Assembly: GCA_035687325.1 (NCBI GenBank)
Contig: DASRXV010000081.1
Span: forward strand, 14,546-78,545
DNA length: 64,000 nucleotides
Source of the DNA: Holophagaceae bacterium
GTDB lineage: Bacteria; Acidobacteriota; Holophagae; Holophagales; Holophagaceae
Reading direction: 5' to 3'
Every line of letters starts with the position of its first letter. The first letter of the stretch is position 1. The notes below the pieces were generated by a model, which made no database searches, was not told the DNA's origin, and was given only the letters and a program-made list of their open reading frames with translations. Below, piece by piece: positions 53,106-62,914 of the stretch. The position numbers and the translations under genes are program-made.

Positions 53106-53234
53106 TGACTCTCCTTTCTCGATGAGTGGTGGATAAGGCGGATGGAAAAAGATGAGAGAATCATAGTCGGATCCATCCGGAGGGTGGACCGCATAAATTT
53201 TTGTTAAGAATTCCATCCAAAAGGCAGGTGGAGA

Positions 53235-54095
53235 GTGGCCCGGCGAGACAGGGCGTTCCCAGATCAGGCGGAGGGTCCCTTCTTCGTGGACCGCGCCTGC
53301 ATCGACTGCGGCACCTGCTACGAATTCGCGCCGGAGACCTTCGAGGACGCTGGTTCCCACAGCAGGGTGCATGTCCAGCCGGAAAGCGCAGAAGCCAAGT
53401 CCCGCGCGGCCATGGCTCTGGTGGCCTGCCCCGTGGCCGCCATTGGCACGGAGGAGAAGACGCTCGTGGGGCCCGCGTCCCTCGCGTTCCCCAGCCTGGT
53501 GGAGGACGAAGTATCCTTTTGCGGCTGGACGAGCGAGAAGAGTTTCGGCGCCTGGAGCTGGTTCATCGAGCGCAAGGTGGGGAATGTGCTCATGGACTCG
53601 CCGCGCTCCTCACCCCAGCTCACAAAGCGGCTGGAAGAGAAGGGCGGTGTCGCCCTCATGGTGCTCAGCCATCAGGATGATGTGGCGGACCACGCGGTCT
53701 ATCACGAGCACTTCGCCTGCCCCCGCGTCATGCACGCGGGCGACGCGCTGCGCGGTTGCGAGCGGATCATCGAAGGCGATGAGCCGGTGGCGCTGGCGGA
53801 CGATCTGCTCCTCATCCCTACGCCGGGCCACACGGCGGGCTCCATGTGCCTCCTCTACCGCGAGACCTTCCTCTTCACGGGCGACCATCTCTGGTGGAGC
53901 AAGCCCCGCAACATGCTGTGGGCTTCCAAGACCTACAACTGGCACGACTGGGAGGCACAAGTCCGCAACGTGGAGCGGCTCCTGGGCTTCGACTTCCGCT
54001 GGGTGCTGCCGGGCCACGGCGATTCCTTCCGCGCCGAGAGTCCGGCGGCCATGAAGAGAGAGCTCGAACGGACGCTGAAGGCCATCACAGCCTGA
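53235..54095 (+). CDS. ferredoxin-domain/MBL-fold hydrolase fusion protein
   Basis: 286 aa. N-terminal CIDCGTCYEFAP...ACPVAAI (single Fe-S cluster ferredoxin pattern). MBL-like SHQDDVADH, TPGHTAGS, LPGHG. GTG start. Confidence 0.75.
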   Translation: MARRDRAFPDQAEGPFFVDRACIDCGTCYEFAPETFEDAGSHSRVHVQPESAEAKSRAAMALVACPVAAIGTEEKTLVGPASLAFPSLVEDEVSFCGWTSEKSFGAWSWFIERKVGNVLMDSPRSSPQLTKRLEEKGGVALMVLSHQDDVADHAVYHEHFACPRVMHAGDALRGCERIIEGDEPVALADDLLLIPTPGHTAGSMCLLYRETFLFTGDHLWWSKPRNMLWASKTYNWHDWEAQVRNVERLLGFDFRWVLPGHGDSFRAESPAAMKRELERTLKAITA

Positions 54096-55352
54096 TCAGG
54101 CGCCTTCCAGGAGGAGCGCTCCCGCCTGGGCTCCGGCCGCGCACACGCTGACGAGGCCGTGGCGCGAGCCCCGCCGGGCCATCTCGTTCGCGAGCGTGGT
54201 AACGATCCGCGCGCCCGTGGCGGCGAAAGGGTGGCCGATGGCGATGGAACTGCCGAGCGGATTGAGGCTCGTCGGCTCCATGGTGCCGATGGCGGGCTCC
54301 TTCCAGCCCTGTTCCCATGCTTTCAGATTGCAGAGCACCTGTCCCGCGAAAGCCTCGTGCATCTCCACGAGATCAATGTCCGAGAGAGAGAGCCCGTTCC
54401 GGCGCAGGAGGCGCGGGACGGTGATGCCAGGCCCCATGAGCAGGCCGTCCGAGGGATCGATGGCCACCTCGATGTGATCGCGCAAGTAGGCCAGCGGCTT
54501 CAGCCCCTCCTGGCGGGCCCGTTCTCCGGACATGAGGACCACCGCGGCGGCGCCATCCGTCAGGGGGCTGGAGTTCCCAGCCGTCAGCGTCCCGGAAGCG
54601 CTGCGGTCGAATACTGGAGGCAGCTTGCCCAGGCGCTCCATGGAGGTGTCCTCGCGCACGATGAGGTCGTGATCGATCCCGTCGAGCGGGTGGATCTCGG
54701 CCTTCAGGCGCCCATCGCGCGTGGCGGCCGCGGCATTCTGATGGCTGCGGAGGGCGAGGGCGTCCTGCTCCGCGCGGCCCACCTTCCAGGTCTTGACCAT
54801 CAGCTCGCAGTGCTCGCCCATGCTCAGGCCCGTGGAGGGCTCCACCACGCCGGGCGTCGTGGGGCGGAAGTCCCGGGGCCGGAGGCGCAAGAAGGCCCGG
54901 AGCCGCCGCCAGGCGGATTTCGCCATCCCCGCGTCGAGGAAGATCCGGCTGGCGCGGCGGCTGAAGAGCAGGGCCGGGTTGGACATGGATTCGGAGCCGC
55001 CCACCATCGCGAAGGACATGCGCCCGTCCTGGATGGCGTCGTAGACCAGCCCCATGCCCGAAAGGCTCGTGATGCAGTTGTCCGACACGGTGAGGGCGCG
55101 GATGCGAGTGTCCAGCCCGGCCTGGAAGGCCACCTCCCGCGCGAAATGGGGCAGGCGGGGATCCGAGACCACATTCCCGAACACCAGGGCGTCCAAGGCG
55201 CTCCAGTCCAGCGTCCGTGAGGCCACGAGGCCGCGGACGGCGTGGGCGGCGAGATCCAGGGCGGACTTCTCCCGGAAGACGGTGCCGGCCTTGACGAAGG
55301 GCGTCCGCAGTCCGGCCACGATGGCGACACGCTGAGAAAGCGCTCCGTTCAT
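54096..55352 (-). CDS. acetyl-CoA C-acyltransferase (thiolase, FadA/FadI-like)
   Basis: 418 aa from ATG 55352 (GGAGG RBS). Thiolase motifs GHPFAATGARI and VCAAGAQAGALLLE. Confidence 0.9.
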   Translation of the reverse strand: MNGALSQRVAIVAGLRTPFVKAGTVFREKSALDLAAHAVRGLVASRTLDWSALDALVFGNVVSDPRLPHFAREVAFQAGLDTRIRALTVSDNCITSLSGMGLVYDAIQDGRMSFAMVGGSESMSNPALLFSRRASRIFLDAGMAKSAWRRLRAFLRLRPRDFRPTTPGVVEPSTGLSMGEHCELMVKTWKVGRAEQDALALRSHQNAAAATRDGRLKAEIHPLDGIDHDLIVREDTSMERLGKLPPVFDRSASGTLTAGNSSPLTDGAAAVVLMSGERARQEGLKPLAYLRDHIEVAIDPSDGLLMGPGITVPRLLRRNGLSLSDIDLVEMHEAFAGQVLCNLKAWEQGWKEPAIGTMEPTSLNPLGSSIAIGHPFAATGARIVTTLANEMARRGSRHGLVSVCAAGAQAGALLLEGA

Positions 55353-55427
55353 GAAGCCTCCAGCCGAGGCACGAGGATACCGGACAAGCCCTGATCGTTC
55401 GGCCCTGTCTTCGTCTAGGCTGGTTGC

Positions 55428-56072
55428 GTGAGCTCCGAGCCCATCTCGAACATCCCTTCGCCGATGCCCACGGCGGTCGTCTCCGTGAACCGCCTGGAGG
55501 CGTTCAGCGACGGCGTCTTCGCCATCGCCATCACGCTGCTGGTGCTGGAACTGAGGCCGCCCACGACGCTGCCGCTGGGCCCCCAGCTGCGCGCGATGAT
55601 CCCCCAGATCGGCGCCTACGCCGCGGCCTTCCTCGTGGTGGGCATGGCCTGGATCGGACACCATGGGCTCTTCCATCTCCTACGCCGCATGAACAAGGCG
55701 CTCATCTGGCTCAACATGGGGCTTCTGCTCTGCATCTCCTTCGTGCCGTTCCCCACCATGGTGCTGGGTCTGGACCCGCTGGATCCCGTGGCAATCCGCC
55801 TCTTCGCGCTGACGATGGTCATGGCCGGATGGTTCTACAACGCCATGTGGGCCTATGCCAGTAGCGGCCACCGTCTCATCAAGCCGGATCTCTCTCCCGC
55901 GCTGATCCGGCTCATGTGGCGGCGGAACATCGCGTTCCCGCTGGCGTACGGAGCGGCGTTCCTCATGACCTTCTGGAAGCCCGTGATGGGGCTCGTGATC
56001 CTGGCTCTGGTGCCCGCGGGTTTCATGCTGCCCAGCCGCTTCGATGCACGCGAATACAGGGCGAAGGCATGA
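55428..56072 (+). CDS. TMEM175 family (DUF1211) potassium channel, paralog A
   Basis: 214 aa with 6 TM. TM1 signature [22 protein letters not shown]. The GTG start is supported by N-terminal similarity (IPSP...NRLEA) to paralog B. Confidence 0.85.
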   Translation: MSSEPISNIPSPMPTAVVSVNRLEAFSDGVFAIAITLLVLELRPPTTLPLGPQLRAMIPQIGAYAAAFLVVGMAWIGHHGLFHLLRRMNKALIWLNMGLLLCISFVPFPTMVLGLDPLDPVAIRLFALTMVMAGWFYNAMWAYASSGHRLIKPDLSPALIRLMWRRNIAFPLAYGAAFLMTFWKPVMGLVILALVPAGFMLPSRFDAREYRAKA

Positions 56073-56704
56073 GCCTACTCGACGCGATCCCGTCCCCCAT
56101 CCCGCGCCCGGTGATGAGCACGAACCGGCTGGAGGCGCTGTCGGACGGCGTTTTCGCCATCGTCATCACACTGCTGGTGCTGGATCTCCGCCTGCCGCCA
56201 GGCCATGGAGATCTGGAGGCGCGGCTCCTCGCGCTCTGGCCGAGGATGCTGGCCTACGCCTTCACCTTCATCGTGGTGGGCGTCTACTGGGCGGGGCACC
56301 ACGCGCTCTTCTACCTGGTGCAGCGCGTGGACAAGACGCTGCTCTGGCTGAACATCTTACTGCTCATGGCGGTCTGCTTCATCCCGTTCCCCGCCGCGAT
56401 CCTCGGGGCCCATCCGCTGGATCCCACGGCCATGCGACTCTACGCGGGCAACCTCGTGGCCGTGGGGCTCGGCTTCATCCTCTGCTGGGGCTACGCGTCC
56501 CGCTGCCACCGGCTCATCCCGGAAGGCCTGGACAAGGGCCTCATCCAGGTCGCCTGGGCCCGCACTCTGCTGGCGCCCGCGGCCTACACAACGGCTTTCT
56601 TCGCCAGCTATGGGCATCCCTATTTCAGCGTGGGCGTCCTGACCTTCGTGCCCATCCTGTACATCTGGCCCAGCCGTTTCGATCACAGGCATTTGCGTGC
56701 CTAG
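56069..56704 (+). CDS. TMEM175 family (DUF1211) potassium channel, paralog B
   Basis: 211 aa. [26 protein letters not shown] overlap with the paralog A stop. Confidence 0.85.
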   Translation: MSLLDAIPSPIPRPVMSTNRLEALSDGVFAIVITLLVLDLRLPPGHGDLEARLLALWPRMLAYAFTFIVVGVYWAGHHALFYLVQRVDKTLLWLNILLLMAVCFIPFPAAILGAHPLDPTAMRLYAGNLVAVGLGFILCWGYASRCHRLIPEGLDKGLIQVAWARTLLAPAAYTTAFFASYGHPYFSVGVLTFVPILYIWPSRFDHRHLRA

Positions 56705-56736
56705 CGTGCGAGAATGGGGCCCGCTTTGGAGCTTCC

Positions 56737-58401
56737 ATGAGCACGACCACTGACGCCCCCGTCATCACCGCGCCGCGCGGGACGCATCTGCATTGCAAGG
56801 GCTGGGTGCAGGAGGCGGCGCTGCGCATGTTGATGAACAACCTGGATCCCGAGGTCGCTGAGCGCCCCGAGGACCTGGTGGTCTACGGTGGCCTCGGCAA
56901 GGCCGCGCGCAACTGGGACTGCTTCCATGCCATCGTCCACGAGCTGAAGAAGCTGGGCGATGATGAGACGCTGCTGGTCCAGAGCGGCAAGCCCGTGGGG
57001 GTGGTGAAGACCCATGCAGACGCGCCCCGGGTGCTCATCGCGAACTCGAACCTCGTGCCGAAATGGGCGACCTGGGAAGTCTTCCGCGAGCTGGATCAGA
57101 AGGGCCTCATGATGTACGGCCAGATGACGGCCGGGAGCTGGATCTACATCGGCTCCCAGGGCATCGTGCAAGGCACCTACGAGACCTTCGCCGAGGCCGC
57201 GCGACAGCACTTCAAGGGCACGCTGGCAGGGACCTGGACGCTCACGGCGGGCCTTGGCGGCATGGGTGGCGCCCAGCCCCTGGCCGTCACCATGAACGGC
57301 GGCGTCTGCCTCGCCATCGAGGTGGACCGGACGCGCATCCAGAAGCGCCTCGACACGCGCTACCTGGATGAGTGGACCGACAATCTCGACACGGCGCTGC
57401 ACCTCGTGAAGACCTACACGGACGCGAAGGAGCCCCGCAGCATCGGCCTGCTGGGCAACGCGGCTCAACTGCTTCCGGAGATCATGAAGCGCGGCCACAT
57501 CCCCGACCTCGTCACCGATCAGACCTCGGCGCACGACGAGTACATCGGCTACATCCCCGCCGGAATGAGCCTGGAAGAAGCCGCCGCGCTGCGAGCCTCC
57601 GATTCCAAGGCCTATGTGGACCGCGCGCTGAAGTCCATGCGCGCCCATGTTGAGGCCATGGTGGCCTTCCAGAAGCTAGGCAGCGTGGTCTTCGACTACG
57701 GCAACAACATCCGCGCCCAGGCCCAGCGCGCGGGGCTCGAGAACGCCTTCGCGTTCCCCGGGTTCGTGCCCGCCTTCATCCGGCCCTTGTTCTGCAAGGG
57801 CATCGGGCCCTTCCGCTGGGTGGCCCTGAGCGGCGATCCCGAGGACATCGCCGTCACGGACGCCGCGATGATGGAGCTGTTCCCGGAGAACGAAGGCATG
57901 ATCCGCTGGCTGAAAGCGGCCAAGGAGAAGATCGCCTTTCAGGGCCTCCCGGCGCGCATCTGCTGGATCGGTGCGGGCGAGCGGCACAAGGCCGGGCTCA
58001 TGTTTAACGAGCTGGTGCGCAGCGGCAAGGTGAAGGCGCCCATCGTCATCGGCCGCGACCACCTGGACAGCGGCTCTGTGGCTTCGCCCAACCGCGAGAC
58101 GGAAGCGATGAAAGACGGCAGCGATGCCGTGAGCGATTGGCCGCTCTTGAATGCCATGACCGCCGTGGGCGGCGGTGCCTCCTGGGTCAGCTTCCACCAT
58201 GGCGGCGGCGTGGGCATGGGCTACAGCCAGCACAGCGGCGTGGTCATCCTGGCCGATGGCAGTGAGCGCGCCGAGCGCTGCCTGGCCCGCGTCCTCTGGA
58301 ACGACCCCGCCATGGGCGTCTTCCGCCACGCGGACGCGGGCTACGACGAGGCGAGGGAGCACGCCGAGAAGATCGGTCTGCATATCCCGATGAAGGGTTA
58401 G
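56737..58401 (+). CDS. hutU: urocanate hydratase
   Basis: 554 aa from ATG 56737. [31 protein letters not shown] and [10 protein letters not shown] are canonical. Confidence 0.95.
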   Translation: MSTTTDAPVITAPRGTHLHCKGWVQEAALRMLMNNLDPEVAERPEDLVVYGGLGKAARNWDCFHAIVHELKKLGDDETLLVQSGKPVGVVKTHADAPRVLIANSNLVPKWATWEVFRELDQKGLMMYGQMTAGSWIYIGSQGIVQGTYETFAEAARQHFKGTLAGTWTLTAGLGGMGGAQPLAVTMNGGVCLAIEVDRTRIQKRLDTRYLDEWTDNLDTALHLVKTYTDAKEPRSIGLLGNAAQLLPEIMKRGHIPDLVTDQTSAHDEYIGYIPAGMSLEEAAALRASDSKAYVDRALKSMRAHVEAMVAFQKLGSVVFDYGNNIRAQAQRAGLENAFAFPGFVPAFIRPLFCKGIGPFRWVALSGDPEDIAVTDAAMMELFPENEGMIRWLKAAKEKIAFQGLPARICWIGAGERHKAGLMFNELVRSGKVKAPIVIGRDHLDSGSVASPNRETEAMKDGSDAVSDWPLLNAMTAVGGGASWVSFHHGGGVGMGYSQHSGVVILADGSERAERCLARVLWNDPAMGVFRHADAGYDEAREHAEKIGLHIPMKG

Positions 58402-58410
58402 CATCGGCTC

Positions 58411-58863
58411 ATGCAGACATCGCCCACCTTCCTCGACCGCCTCTTCCGGGTGCTCACGGTCTTCCTGGCCCTGGGCAACCTCGCGTGGTTCGTCCTGACC
58501 TTCCCTATCTACTTCCGGTGGGCCTATCAGGTGGGTATCGCCGGATTGCCGGTCTACCTGCTCTGGCTCTTCGTGGGCCTGCCCAGCCTCGCCTGCGCGG
58601 TGGTGGCGCTACGCCGGGCGGCCATGCGCGGAGGCGCCGGGATCATCCTGAAGCTGGCCTTCCTGGCCATCCTCGGCATCTGCGCCCTTGTCGTGCTGCT
58701 GGTCTCCTTCGCCCGGTGGACGGCGGACACGGACCCCAACCGGCATTTCTCCTGGATCACCCTGCTCGCCACCGGCCTCGTCTCCCTGGGGCTCGCCTTC
58801 TTCGCGCTTCGGGGCGCGGGCAAGGTTGTCGAAGTCAAGACAACTCCTTCGGCAGGCACTTAA
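58411..58863 (+). CDS. membrane protein (4 TM), unknown function
   Basis: 150-aa hydrophobic ORF starting 9 nt after the hutU stop. Confidence 0.5.
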   Translation: MQTSPTFLDRLFRVLTVFLALGNLAWFVLTFPIYFRWAYQVGIAGLPVYLLWLFVGLPSLACAVVALRRAAMRGGAGIILKLAFLAILGICALVVLLVSFARWTADTDPNRHFSWITLLATGLVSLGLAFFALRGAGKVVEVKTTPSAGT

Positions 58864-58897
58864 CAATTTTTCACAAGCTCGGTTTTCCCGTTGGCCT

Positions 58898-59527
58898 ATG
58901 TTGGACGCCATGTTGGGAACGGTCGAAGCAGTCGCTCTACCTCCAGGGCTCACCCGCGTGAGCGTGGTCATCACTGAGCTGCGCGGTCCCATGACGCGCC
59001 AAGTCCGTGATGCCGTGATGAAGGAGGGCGGCGAGTCGGCCTGGGAGGCGCTCCTGGCGAAAGTGTCCGGGCCCTGCCGCGCCACCTTCACCAACCCCAT
59101 AGGTCTCTACGAGTGGATCCCGGCGGAACATTCGAAAGAACTGAGCCTGGCCTTCATGGCCACGGCAGATCCGGACTACACCTACCAGCGCGGGATGGAG
59201 TCGGCGAAAGAAAACCTCACGGTGGTGAACCGCTGGATCCTGCGGCTCATGTCGCCGGGCTTCCTTGTTCAGAACATGCCGCGGCTCTTCGCCTTCTATT
59301 ATCGGGGCGGGCAGGTGGTGGTGGACCGGCTGGAGTCGGGTTCCGCGAGGGTGAGCCTCTGGGCCGACGCTTTCTATCCCATCTGGTACGAGCGGGGCCT
59401 GCCGGGCTGGCTGATGGGCGCGCTGGCCCTGGCCGGGGCGAAGGGCGTCTCCATCCGCTATCTCCCGCCCGACGGCGAGGGCCTCCTGGCCTTCCGACAC
59501 GGATACGAGATCCGCTGGCAAGCCTGA
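58898..59527 (+). CDS. hypothetical protein (possibly DUF2378/TIGR02265-like; weak)
   Basis: 209 aa from ATG 58898. No strong motif. The family suggestion comes from overall length and composition only. Confidence 0.5.
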   Translation: MLDAMLGTVEAVALPPGLTRVSVVITELRGPMTRQVRDAVMKEGGESAWEALLAKVSGPCRATFTNPIGLYEWIPAEHSKELSLAFMATADPDYTYQRGMESAKENLTVVNRWILRLMSPGFLVQNMPRLFAFYYRGGQVVVDRLESGSARVSLWADAFYPIWYERGLPGWLMGALALAGAKGVSIRYLPPDGEGLLAFRHGYEIRWQA

Positions 59528-59573
59528 TGGCTTTAGACTGATCCTTCGGCGATGGTGCGCCGGGAGAGCCATC

Positions 59574-59861
59574 ATGGGCGAAGCGGAGACCCGGCAGGGC
59601 ATCGGGACATGGCCCTGGGTGGCCATGTCCGGGGGCGCGTTGGCGCTGGCCGCCCGCATCGTCGTGATGCTCCGGCACCCGGGCGGTGACGGGAACCCCT
59701 CTGCCAATTTCCACCCTTGGATCCTATGGGGCGGCCTGCCTGCTCTCGCGCTCAGCATCATCGCCTTCCTCGCCGCGCGCCGCGCGAAGCAGCCTCAGGG
59801 GGCGCTGATGGCGGGATTCGTGGCCTTCTTCTATCTCCTGATGGTCTTCATTTCTCTTTAG
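59574..59861 (+). CDS. small membrane protein (95 aa, 3 TM)
   Basis: Hydrophobic ORF with an ATG start. Confidence 0.45.
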   Translation: MGEAETRQGIGTWPWVAMSGGALALAARIVVMLRHPGGDGNPSANFHPWILWGGLPALALSIIAFLAARRAKQPQGALMAGFVAFFYLLMVFISL

Positions 59862-59869
59862 GGGAACTC

Positions 59870-60286
59870 ATGTCCCGACCCTGCCCTTGCGGCGCCAAGG
59901 CCACCTTCGATAAGCATTGCCAGCCCGTGATCGACGGCAAGATCCAGGCGGACACAGCCGAGCGGCTCATGCGCGCCCGCTTCACCGCCTACTCGCTTGG
60001 CGATGTGGACTTCCTCATCGCGACCACCGCCGCGCCCCAGCGCGAGACGCTGGACGCGGAGGAGCTGGCGGACTACTGCGAGTCCATCCGCTGCATCTCG
60101 CTCAAGATCCTCGCCACGGAGGCTGGCGGTCCCAGTGACGAGACCGGCATGGTCCGCTTCCATGCCAGCATGCAGGTGGACGGCAAGCGCCGCTTGCACG
60201 CGGAGACGAGCCGGTTCCACCGCGAGGACGGCGCCTGGGTCTACGAGGCCGAAGACGAAGAGGCGGGTGAGGACGGCGAGGCGTGA
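59870..60286 (+). CDS. YchJ family protein (SEC-C motif, UPF0225)
   Basis: 138 aa. N-terminal CPCG SEC-C-like motif and the MRARFTAY signature. Confidence 0.8.
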   Translation: MSRPCPCGAKATFDKHCQPVIDGKIQADTAERLMRARFTAYSLGDVDFLIATTAAPQRETLDAEELADYCESIRCISLKILATEAGGPSDETGMVRFHASMQVDGKRRLHAETSRFHREDGAWVYEAEDEEAGEDGEA

Positions 60287-61323
60287 TCCAGGCCGCGCTG
60301 GCCGCGGCCGCGGCCTTCGACACACCGGGCCGCCCGCTGGAGGCGGCGCCGCTCGGTGAAGGCGCGGGCCACATCCACCGCAGCTTCCGCATCGCGTGCG
60401 AGCACGGCGCCGTGGTGGTCCAGCGCCTCAACGAGCGCGTCTTCCCGGATCTCGATGCGGTCATGGGCAACATGGTGCGCGTCACGGCGCATCTCGGAGC
60501 AAGACTCCCCCGCGCGCTGACCCTGGTGCCCGTTCTCGGCGGCGGCTATCTCCATCGGGATGTGGCGGGCGCCTGGCGCTGCACCCGGTTCATCGAGGGC
60601 GGCCGCATGCCCCTGGAACCAGCCACGCCAGCCGACGCGCGCGCCGCTGCGCGGGCCCTGGGCAGCTTCCTGAAGGCCATGTCGGATTTTCCAGTGGAGG
60701 ATCTGCGCATCCCTATTTCCGGTTTCCATGACACGGCCGCGCGCCTGGCCTCATTCCGGGCGATCGTGAAGGCGGACACGAACGGTCGTGTGGATGACGC
60801 GCGCCCGCTCATCGAAGTGGCGCTGGCCCATGCGACCTTGGCGTATGCCCTGGCGGAACGTGGATTGCCGCTCCGTCCCGTCCACAACGACACCAAGCTC
60901 GCAAATGTGCTGCTGGACGAGGCGAGCGGCGGGGGCCTGTGCGTGTTGGATCTGGACACCGTGATGCCCGGCCTCTCAGCCCACGATTTCGGCGACCTCG
61001 TCCGCAGCGCGGCCTTCGATGGCAAGGAGGATGACGCCGGCGCGCGCTTGGACCTGGAACGACTCCGCGTGATATCGGAGGGCTACCAGGAGGGCGCGGC
61101 GGAGTCGTTATCGGACAGCGAGCGGGCCGCCTTTGGTCTGGGCGCGCGGGTCATCGCCTACGAGCTTGGCCTGCGCTTCCTCACGGACCATCTGGAGGGC
61201 GATGTCTACTTCGGCGCGGCGTGGCCCGGCCAGAACCTCGCCCGCGCCCGCGCCCAGTTCGCGCGGCTCCGTACGCTGGAAGCGCAATCGAAGGCCGTAG
61301 AAGGGATCCTCAATCCCAGATGA
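60283..61323 (+). CDS. phosphotransferase (APH/N-acetylhexosamine-kinase-like) family protein
   Basis: 346 aa. Catalytic loop HNDTKLANVLLD and metal-binding LDLDTVMPG. GTGA overlap with the ychJ-like stop. Confidence 0.75.
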   Translation: MIQAALAAAAAFDTPGRPLEAAPLGEGAGHIHRSFRIACEHGAVVVQRLNERVFPDLDAVMGNMVRVTAHLGARLPRALTLVPVLGGGYLHRDVAGAWRCTRFIEGGRMPLEPATPADARAAARALGSFLKAMSDFPVEDLRIPISGFHDTAARLASFRAIVKADTNGRVDDARPLIEVALAHATLAYALAERGLPLRPVHNDTKLANVLLDEASGGGLCVLDLDTVMPGLSAHDFGDLVRSAAFDGKEDDAGARLDLERLRVISEGYQEGAAESLSDSERAAFGLGARVIAYELGLRFLTDHLEGDVYFGAAWPGQNLARARAQFARLRTLEAQSKAVEGILNPR

Positions 61324-62083
61324 GGGAGCGCAGGCTCAGGTTGCGGTGCTCCCAGCCTTCGAAGACTGTGCGGGGCTTCGCATCTCCGGCCGCGCCCAAG
61401 GCTGCGAAGAGCGGATCCCAGTGCTCGCTGCGCGGGTGGGCCAGCGCCGGGTCTGGCGCCTTCCGCCGCCAATCCAGCAGCGCATCGGCGTCCCCGGCTT
61501 CAAGGCGTGACGCGGCCCAGGCATCGAAGTTGCCGGCCCAGGCTTCGGGCGCGGCTTCGCTGCCCCACTCCAGGCGGCGCAGGTTGTGGACGATGCCGCC
61601 GCTGCCGATGATGAGCAGGCCCTCCTCCCGCAGTTGCGCGAGAGCCTGTCCCATGGCGTAGAGACTCCGCGGCGTGCGCTCCAAGGGCTCGCTCAGCTGC
61701 AGCACGGGGCGGTCGGCCTTGGGAAAGAGATGGATAAGCGGGGCCCAGGCGCCATGATCCAAGGGGCGCTCGGGATCCAGGACCGCCTCGATGCCCGTCT
61801 TCCGGAGGCAGGCGAGGATGCGCTCCGCCAGCGGAAGGCTGCCGGGCGAGGGGTAGTCGAGGCCGTAGAGCGGCTCGGGGAAGCCGTAGAAGTCATGGAT
61901 CACGCCCGGCTGGGGTGAGGCCGTCACACGCGGCGCGCCCTCCGTCTCCCAATGGGCCGAGACGACAAGGATGGCCACGGGGTCCAACGACTGGCCGAGG
62001 CCGCGGAGCGCATCGCCCCACGCGCCGCCTTCCAGCGCGCGCATGGGGGAACCGTGGGAGATGAAGAGGACAGGTTGGCGCAT
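61310..62083 (-). CDS. class III extradiol dioxygenase (4,5-DOPA dioxygenase/YgiD, LigB family)
   Basis: 257 aa. LFISHGSP and ILVVSAHWET signatures. The 3' end overlaps the convergent kinase gene by 14 nt. Confidence 0.85.
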   Translation of the reverse strand: MRQPVLFISHGSPMRALEGGAWGDALRGLGQSLDPVAILVVSAHWETEGAPRVTASPQPGVIHDFYGFPEPLYGLDYPSPGSLPLAERILACLRKTGIEAVLDPERPLDHGAWAPLIHLFPKADRPVLQLSEPLERTPRSLYAMGQALAQLREEGLLIIGSGGIVHNLRRLEWGSEAAPEAWAGNFDAWAASRLEAGDADALLDWRRKAPDPALAHPRSEHWDPLFAALGAAGDAKPRTVFEGWEHRNLSLRSLIWD

Positions 62084-62092
62084 GGATTCCCC

Positions 62093-62896
62093 TCAAGCCC
62101 GCCGTGCCACGGCCCGCGCAGCGATGCGGTCCACGAACCCCGGCGCGAGCAGTTTCAGCCAGCGGCCGAAGCGGCCCCGGGCCGAGGTGATGAGCAGGCG
62201 CTGGCGTTTCTTCATGGCCTTCGCGATGAGCTTCGCGCAGGCCTCCGCGGTCATCACCTTGCGGGGATCCAGCCTGCCGTGGCCGATGGGTCGGCCGTCA
62301 GCGCCCAGGGCCCTCGCGTGGATTTCGGTGACGACGAAATCAGGCGCGATGAGCGTGATGTCCACACCGGTCCCCCTTAGTTCCACACGGAGGCTTTCAA
62401 AGAAGCCCACAAGGGCGTGTTTGCTGGCGGAGTAGAGCGTGCGGGTCGGAACGCCCGTGAAGCCAGCCACGCTTGCCACCGGGACGATGAGTCCCTTCGC
62501 GGGTCTGAGGTGGGGCAGGGCCGCATGCGTGATACGGACGCATGAGAAGAAGTTCAGCTCCATGAGGTCGCGCGCCGCGGCCGCGGGATCATTCAGTGTG
62601 TCGAAGGCCGCCCACATGGAGCCGCCCGCGTTGAGGATGAGGATGTCGAGCGCGCCAAAGGCCGCGAAGGCCGCGTCCACCATGCGCAGCGCGGCTTCAG
62701 CCTGCGTCACATCCGCCACCACGATGCGGGCCTGGCCGCCGAGCGCCTCCACTTCCGCCGCCACTTCTTTCAAGCGCGTTTCGTTTCGCGCCACGAGCGT
62801 TAGGCGGGTGCCGCTCCTAGCCAACTCCAGCGCCAAGGCGCGGCCGATGCCTTCGCTGGCGCCGGTGAGGAGGATGCTGCGACCGGAGAAATCCAT
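62093..62896 (-). CDS. SDR family oxidoreductase
   Basis: 267 aa. TGASEGIG, NAGG, YSASK motifs. Confidence 0.85.
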   Translation of the reverse strand: MDFSGRSILLTGASEGIGRALALELARSGTRLTLVARNETRLKEVAAEVEALGGQARIVVADVTQAEAALRMVDAAFAAFGALDILILNAGGSMWAAFDTLNDPAAAARDLMELNFFSCVRITHAALPHLRPAKGLIVPVASVAGFTGVPTRTLYSASKHALVGFFESLRVELRGTGVDITLIAPDFVVTEIHARALGADGRPIGHGRLDPRKVMTAEACAKLIAKAMKKRQRLLITSARGRFGRWLKLLAPGFVDRIAARAVARRA

Positions 62897-62914
62897 GCGG
62901 GAAGTATGCGCGGA

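Noticed and set aside
56044-56736. N-terminal extension of the hutU ORF, which would give 785 aa in total.
   Set aside because: The extension overlaps TMEM175 paralog B out of frame and has no urocanase similarity. Canonical HutU begins at ATG 56737.
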